Shown here in pieces: positions 7,839 through 10,041 of a stretch of DNA of 10,041 nt (positions are counted from its first letter, which is position 1; every line of letters begins with the position of its first letter). The notes under the pieces were generated by a model. It had not been told where the DNA came from. It was given only the letters and a program-made list of their open reading frames with translations, and made no database searches. The position numbers and the translations under genes are program-made. The stretch comes from a virus: UHGV virus genome UHGV-1984318; one strand, 5' to 3'.

Positions 7839-7870
7839 GAAGCCCCAACTGCGGGAACAGTCAGGGCTTC
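7839..7870. other. Stem-loop in the arc-ant spacer: 7-bp outer stem gaagccc/gggcttc plus 4-bp inner stem actg/cagt
   Basis: 7839-7845 pairs with 7864-7870 and 7848-7851 with 7858-7861. Followed on the plus strand by a moderately U-rich tgttgt. This is the position where P22 has the sar antisense-RNA region; function here is not established. Confidence 0.4.
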
Positions 7871-7902
7871 TGTTGTCAGTAAATTCGTGGAGAAAAACCA
7901 AC

Positions 7903-8805
7903 ATGAATAGTATAGCAATTTTAGAAGCAGTGAACACCTCTTACGTACCTTTCAATGGTCAGCAGATTATCACCGCCATGACTGCCGGAGTTGCATATGT
8001 TGCGATGAAGCCAATCGTTGAAAACCTTGGAATGAGCTGGTCAACGCAGCAAACAAAACTCATGAAGCAGATTAGCAAATTCAACTGTGTTCATATGAAC
8101 ATGGTTGCCGCTGATGGTAAGCTTCGTAAGCTACTCTGCCTTCCTTTGAAGAAGTTAAATGGATGGCTGTTCAGCATCAACCCTGAGAAAGTTCGTGCTG
8201 ACATCCGCGATAAACTGATTCAGTACCAGGAAGAATGCTTTACTGTGCTGCATGACTACTGGACGAAGGGAAAGGCAGAAAATGCACGTAAGAAAACATC
8301 TGTTGATGACAGGACTCCGCTTCGTGATGCTGTAAATATGCTAGTCAGCAAAAAGCATCTAATGTACCCAGAAGCTTATGCAATGATTCATCAGCGTTTC
8401 AACGTGGAAAGTATTGAAGAGCTTGATTCATCTCAGATACCGCAAGCAGTAGAGTACATCCACAGGGTAGTGCTTGAAGGCGAGTTCATCGGCAAACAAG
8501 AGAAGAAAACCAACGAGCTTTCTGCAAAAGAAGCAAACAGCCTTGTATGGTTATGGGATTATGCCAACCGCTCACAGGCATTATTCCGCGAACTGTATCC
8601 GGCGCTAAAACAAATTCAATCGAACTATTCCGGCAGATGCTACGACTACGGTCATGAGTTCTCGTATGTTATCGGAATGGCGAGAGACGTTTTAATCAAT
8701 CACACACGAGATGTTGATATTAATGAACCAGACGGACCAACGAATCTTTCCGCATGGATGAGACTTAAGAATAAAGAATTACCTCCTTCAGTACATAACT
8801 ACTGA
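7903..8805 (+). CDS. ant: Antirepressor Ant, 300 aa
   Basis: ATG at 7903 preceded by GTGGAG (7888-7893); stop TGA at 8803-8805; 300 aa as I recall for P22 Ant; lies directly downstream of arc. The ORF-track start at 7837 is an in-frame TTG immediately after the arc stop, adding 22 residues that span the stem-loop and are probably not translated. Confidence 0.85.
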   Translation: MNSIAILEAVNTSYVPFNGQQIITAMTAGVAYVAMKPIVENLGMSWSTQQTKLMKQISKFNCVHMNMVAADGKLRKLLCLPLKKLNGWLFSINPEKVRADIRDKLIQYQEECFTVLHDYWTKGKAENARKKTSVDDRTPLRDAVNMLVSKKHLMYPEAYAMIHQRFNVESIEELDSSQIPQAVEYIHRVVLEGEFIGKQEKKTNELSAKEANSLVWLWDYANRSQALFRELYPALKQIQSNYSGRCYDYGHEFSYVIGMARDVLINHTRDVDINEPDGPTNLSAWMRLKNKELPPSVHNY

Positions 8806-8823
8806 CAGATAACCAACGCAACG

Positions 8824-8847
8824 ACCCAGCTTCGGCTGGGTTTTTTT
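8824..8847 (+). terminator. Rho-independent terminator downstream of ant
   Basis: Perfect GC-rich 6-bp stem cccagc/gctggg (8825-8830 / 8835-8840) with A-T extension, TTCG tetraloop (8831-8834), followed by seven T (8841-8847). Confidence 0.85.
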
Positions 8848-8896
8848 ATGCCCAAAATTCACCGCAGCAACTAAGCGGCGATGGCCTTGATGGATA

Positions 8897-8919
8897 GCAC
8901 TACACAAAAAGTGTAGTGC
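8897..8919. repeat. Perfect 9-bp palindromic hairpin gcactacac-aaaaa-gtgtagtgc in the tailspike leader
   Basis: 8897-8905 pairs with 8911-8919 around a 5-A loop. No U-tract follows, so it is not a canonical terminator. A 10-bp perfect palindrome cgtagctacg lies at 8941-8950. Confidence 0.4.
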
Positions 8920-8983
8920 AAAAAGCAAACAAATACTCACCGTAGCTACGCTGCGGAGATTCATTGTATCTGGAGCAAATTAA

Positions 8984-10041
8984 ATGACAGACATTACAGC
9001 CAATGTGATTGTATCGATGCCTTCGCAACTCTTCACTATGGCCCGCTCTTTTAAAGCCGTAGCCAATGGTGAAATTTATATCGGTAAAATTGACACTGAC
9101 CCGGTAAACCCTGAAAACCAGATTCAGGTTTATGTGGAGAACGAAGACGGCTCTCACGTTCCTGTTTCGCAACCAATCATTATTAACGCTGCTGGATATC
9201 CGGTATATAACGGACAGATTGCCAAATTCGTAACCGTGCAAGGCCATTCTATGGCTGTTTACGATGCTTATGGCACTCAGCAGTTTTATTTTCCAAATGT
9301 ATTAAAATACGATCCAGATCAGTTTGGCCCAGACTTCAAAGAGCAGTTATCTCAATCAGGAGCATACATTAATGATGATTCAAAAGGTGATGCATTAATT
9401 GGGGTAAGGCAGCCATTTACCGGGGCTGTAACTATAACTCAGCATGAAAACAATGCTCTTTTCTTAAATGTAAAACAATTTGGAGCAATTGGGGATGGGA
9501 AATATCATCCATTATCTGAGTGGTTTTCTTCAATTTCTGAAGCAAAATCCTTATATCCTTTTGTTGACTCATTATCTCAGTCAATAGACTGGGCCGCGTG
9601 GCAAGCTGCCATTAACACAGGAAAGGTTATTTATGGTACTGATAATGCGTATGTAATAACGGATACGTTAACACCTGTTTCTGGTGGTGGGATAATTGGT
9701 CTTGGTGTGGGCAAATGGGTCTCTGGATATACTGCAACATTTGCTCCTGATATTACCACAGGGACCACATTCCTGATGTACGGTGTAGGAAATAAAAAAT
9801 ATACTGTAGATTGTGTTTCTAATATGGATGTTAGTGGTGGTGTGGTTTCTAATCCATCTTCCGAAGACCCGTATACAACAACGGCACCTGCGTCATCATA
9901 TGATTTATTGGATTTTACTAACGGTGATGCTAATGGGGCTACAAGAGCCACGCTTAAACCATTCTCTGCCGCAATATTGATGCCAGAGACAGGATGTGTT
10001 CGCCTTGAGAACTTTCGTATTGTTCCATATTTCAATGGGCT
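8984..10041 (+). CDS. gp9: Tailspike protein, 5' ~352 codons (3' end beyond the window): conserved P22-family head-binding domain plus start of a beta-helix receptor-binding/depolymerase domain
   Basis: ATG at 8984 with SD GGAG at 8972-8975 (8-nt spacing). I translated the frame by hand and found no stop up to the window end. N-terminus [68 protein letters not shown] matches the shared head-binding domain of P22/Sf6/HK620-type tailspikes as I recall. Downstream ..[30 protein letters not shown].. is a pectate-lyase-like beta-helix entry motif. The ORF track misses it because it has no in-window stop. Confidence 0.85.
   Translation, partial: MTDITANVIVSMPSQLFTMARSFKAVANGEIYIGKIDTDPVNPENQIQVYVENEDGSHVPVSQPIIINAAGYPVYNGQIAKFVTVQGHSMAVYDAYGTQQFYFPNVLKYDPDQFGPDFKEQLSQSGAYINDDSKGDALIGVRQPFTGAVTITQHENNALFLNVKQFGAIGDGKYHPLSEWFSSISEAKSLYPFVDSLSQSIDWAAWQAAINTGKVIYGTDNAYVITDTLTPVSGGGIIGLGVGKWVSGYTATFAPDITTGTTFLMYGVGNKKYTVDCVSNMDVSGGVVSNPSSEDPYTTTAPASSYDLLDFTNGDANGATRATLKPFSAAILMPETGCVRLENFRIVPYFNG

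Noticed and set aside
7837-7902. N-terminal extension of Ant from the TTG at 7837
   Set aside because: The ATG at 7903 has its own GTGGAG SD and gives the 300-aa length expected for Ant; the extension would translate through the spacer stem-loop.
7549-7918. Minus-strand ORFs 7549-7743 and 7649-7918 crossing the promoter region, arc and the ant start
   Set aside because: They run antisense through arc, which is nearly identical to P22 Arc, and through the divergent promoter region; no supporting signals.
8900-10035. Minus-strand ORFs 8900-9247 and 9631-10035
   Set aside because: Both are antisense to the tailspike frame, which is open from 8984 to the window end and has a clearly recognisable head-binding domain.
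1-10041. Search for tRNA/rRNA genes, CRISPR repeat-spacer arrays, integrase/att sites or IS elements
   Set aside because: No regularly spaced direct repeats, no cloverleaf-like conserved tRNA motifs, and no transposase-like or integrase-like ORFs were seen. The window is consistent with an internal phage segment, not a phage-host junction.

Overview
This window reads as the right-hand end of the virion-structural (late) operon of a P22-like temperate podovirus (phage or prophage), followed by an immI-type regulatory/accessory region and the 5' part of the tailspike gene. All homology statements are from memory of P22-family proteins and from synteny; no database search was possible. Plus strand, tightly packed with start/stop overlaps: the C-terminal part of a gp10-like tail hub gene (runs off the 5' edge), a 233-aa tail needle (gp26-like), a gp14-like gene, a gp7-like ejection-protein gene interrupted by an apparent 1-nt frameshift in a GCG repeat, then gp20-like and gp16-like ejection-protein genes. 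Next comes a ~1.25 kb AT-rich minus-strand block: an Mnt-like ribbon-helix-helix repressor gene whose stop overlaps the start of a four-Cys zinc-ribbon-like ORF, which overlaps a single-pass membrane/coiled-coil ORF, followed by a perfect hairpin and a third membrane-anchored ORF. This lysogen-type operon sits where P22 carries sieA and is my best candidate for an undescribed superinfection-exclusion or defence module. Divergent from mnt are a Pant/Pmnt-like promoter-operator region, arc, ant, a strong intrinsic terminator, and ~1.06 kb of a tailspike gene (conserved head-binding domain joined to a beta-helix receptor-binding domain) that runs off the 3' edge. No tRNA, rRNA, CRISPR array, integrase or transposase was recognised.
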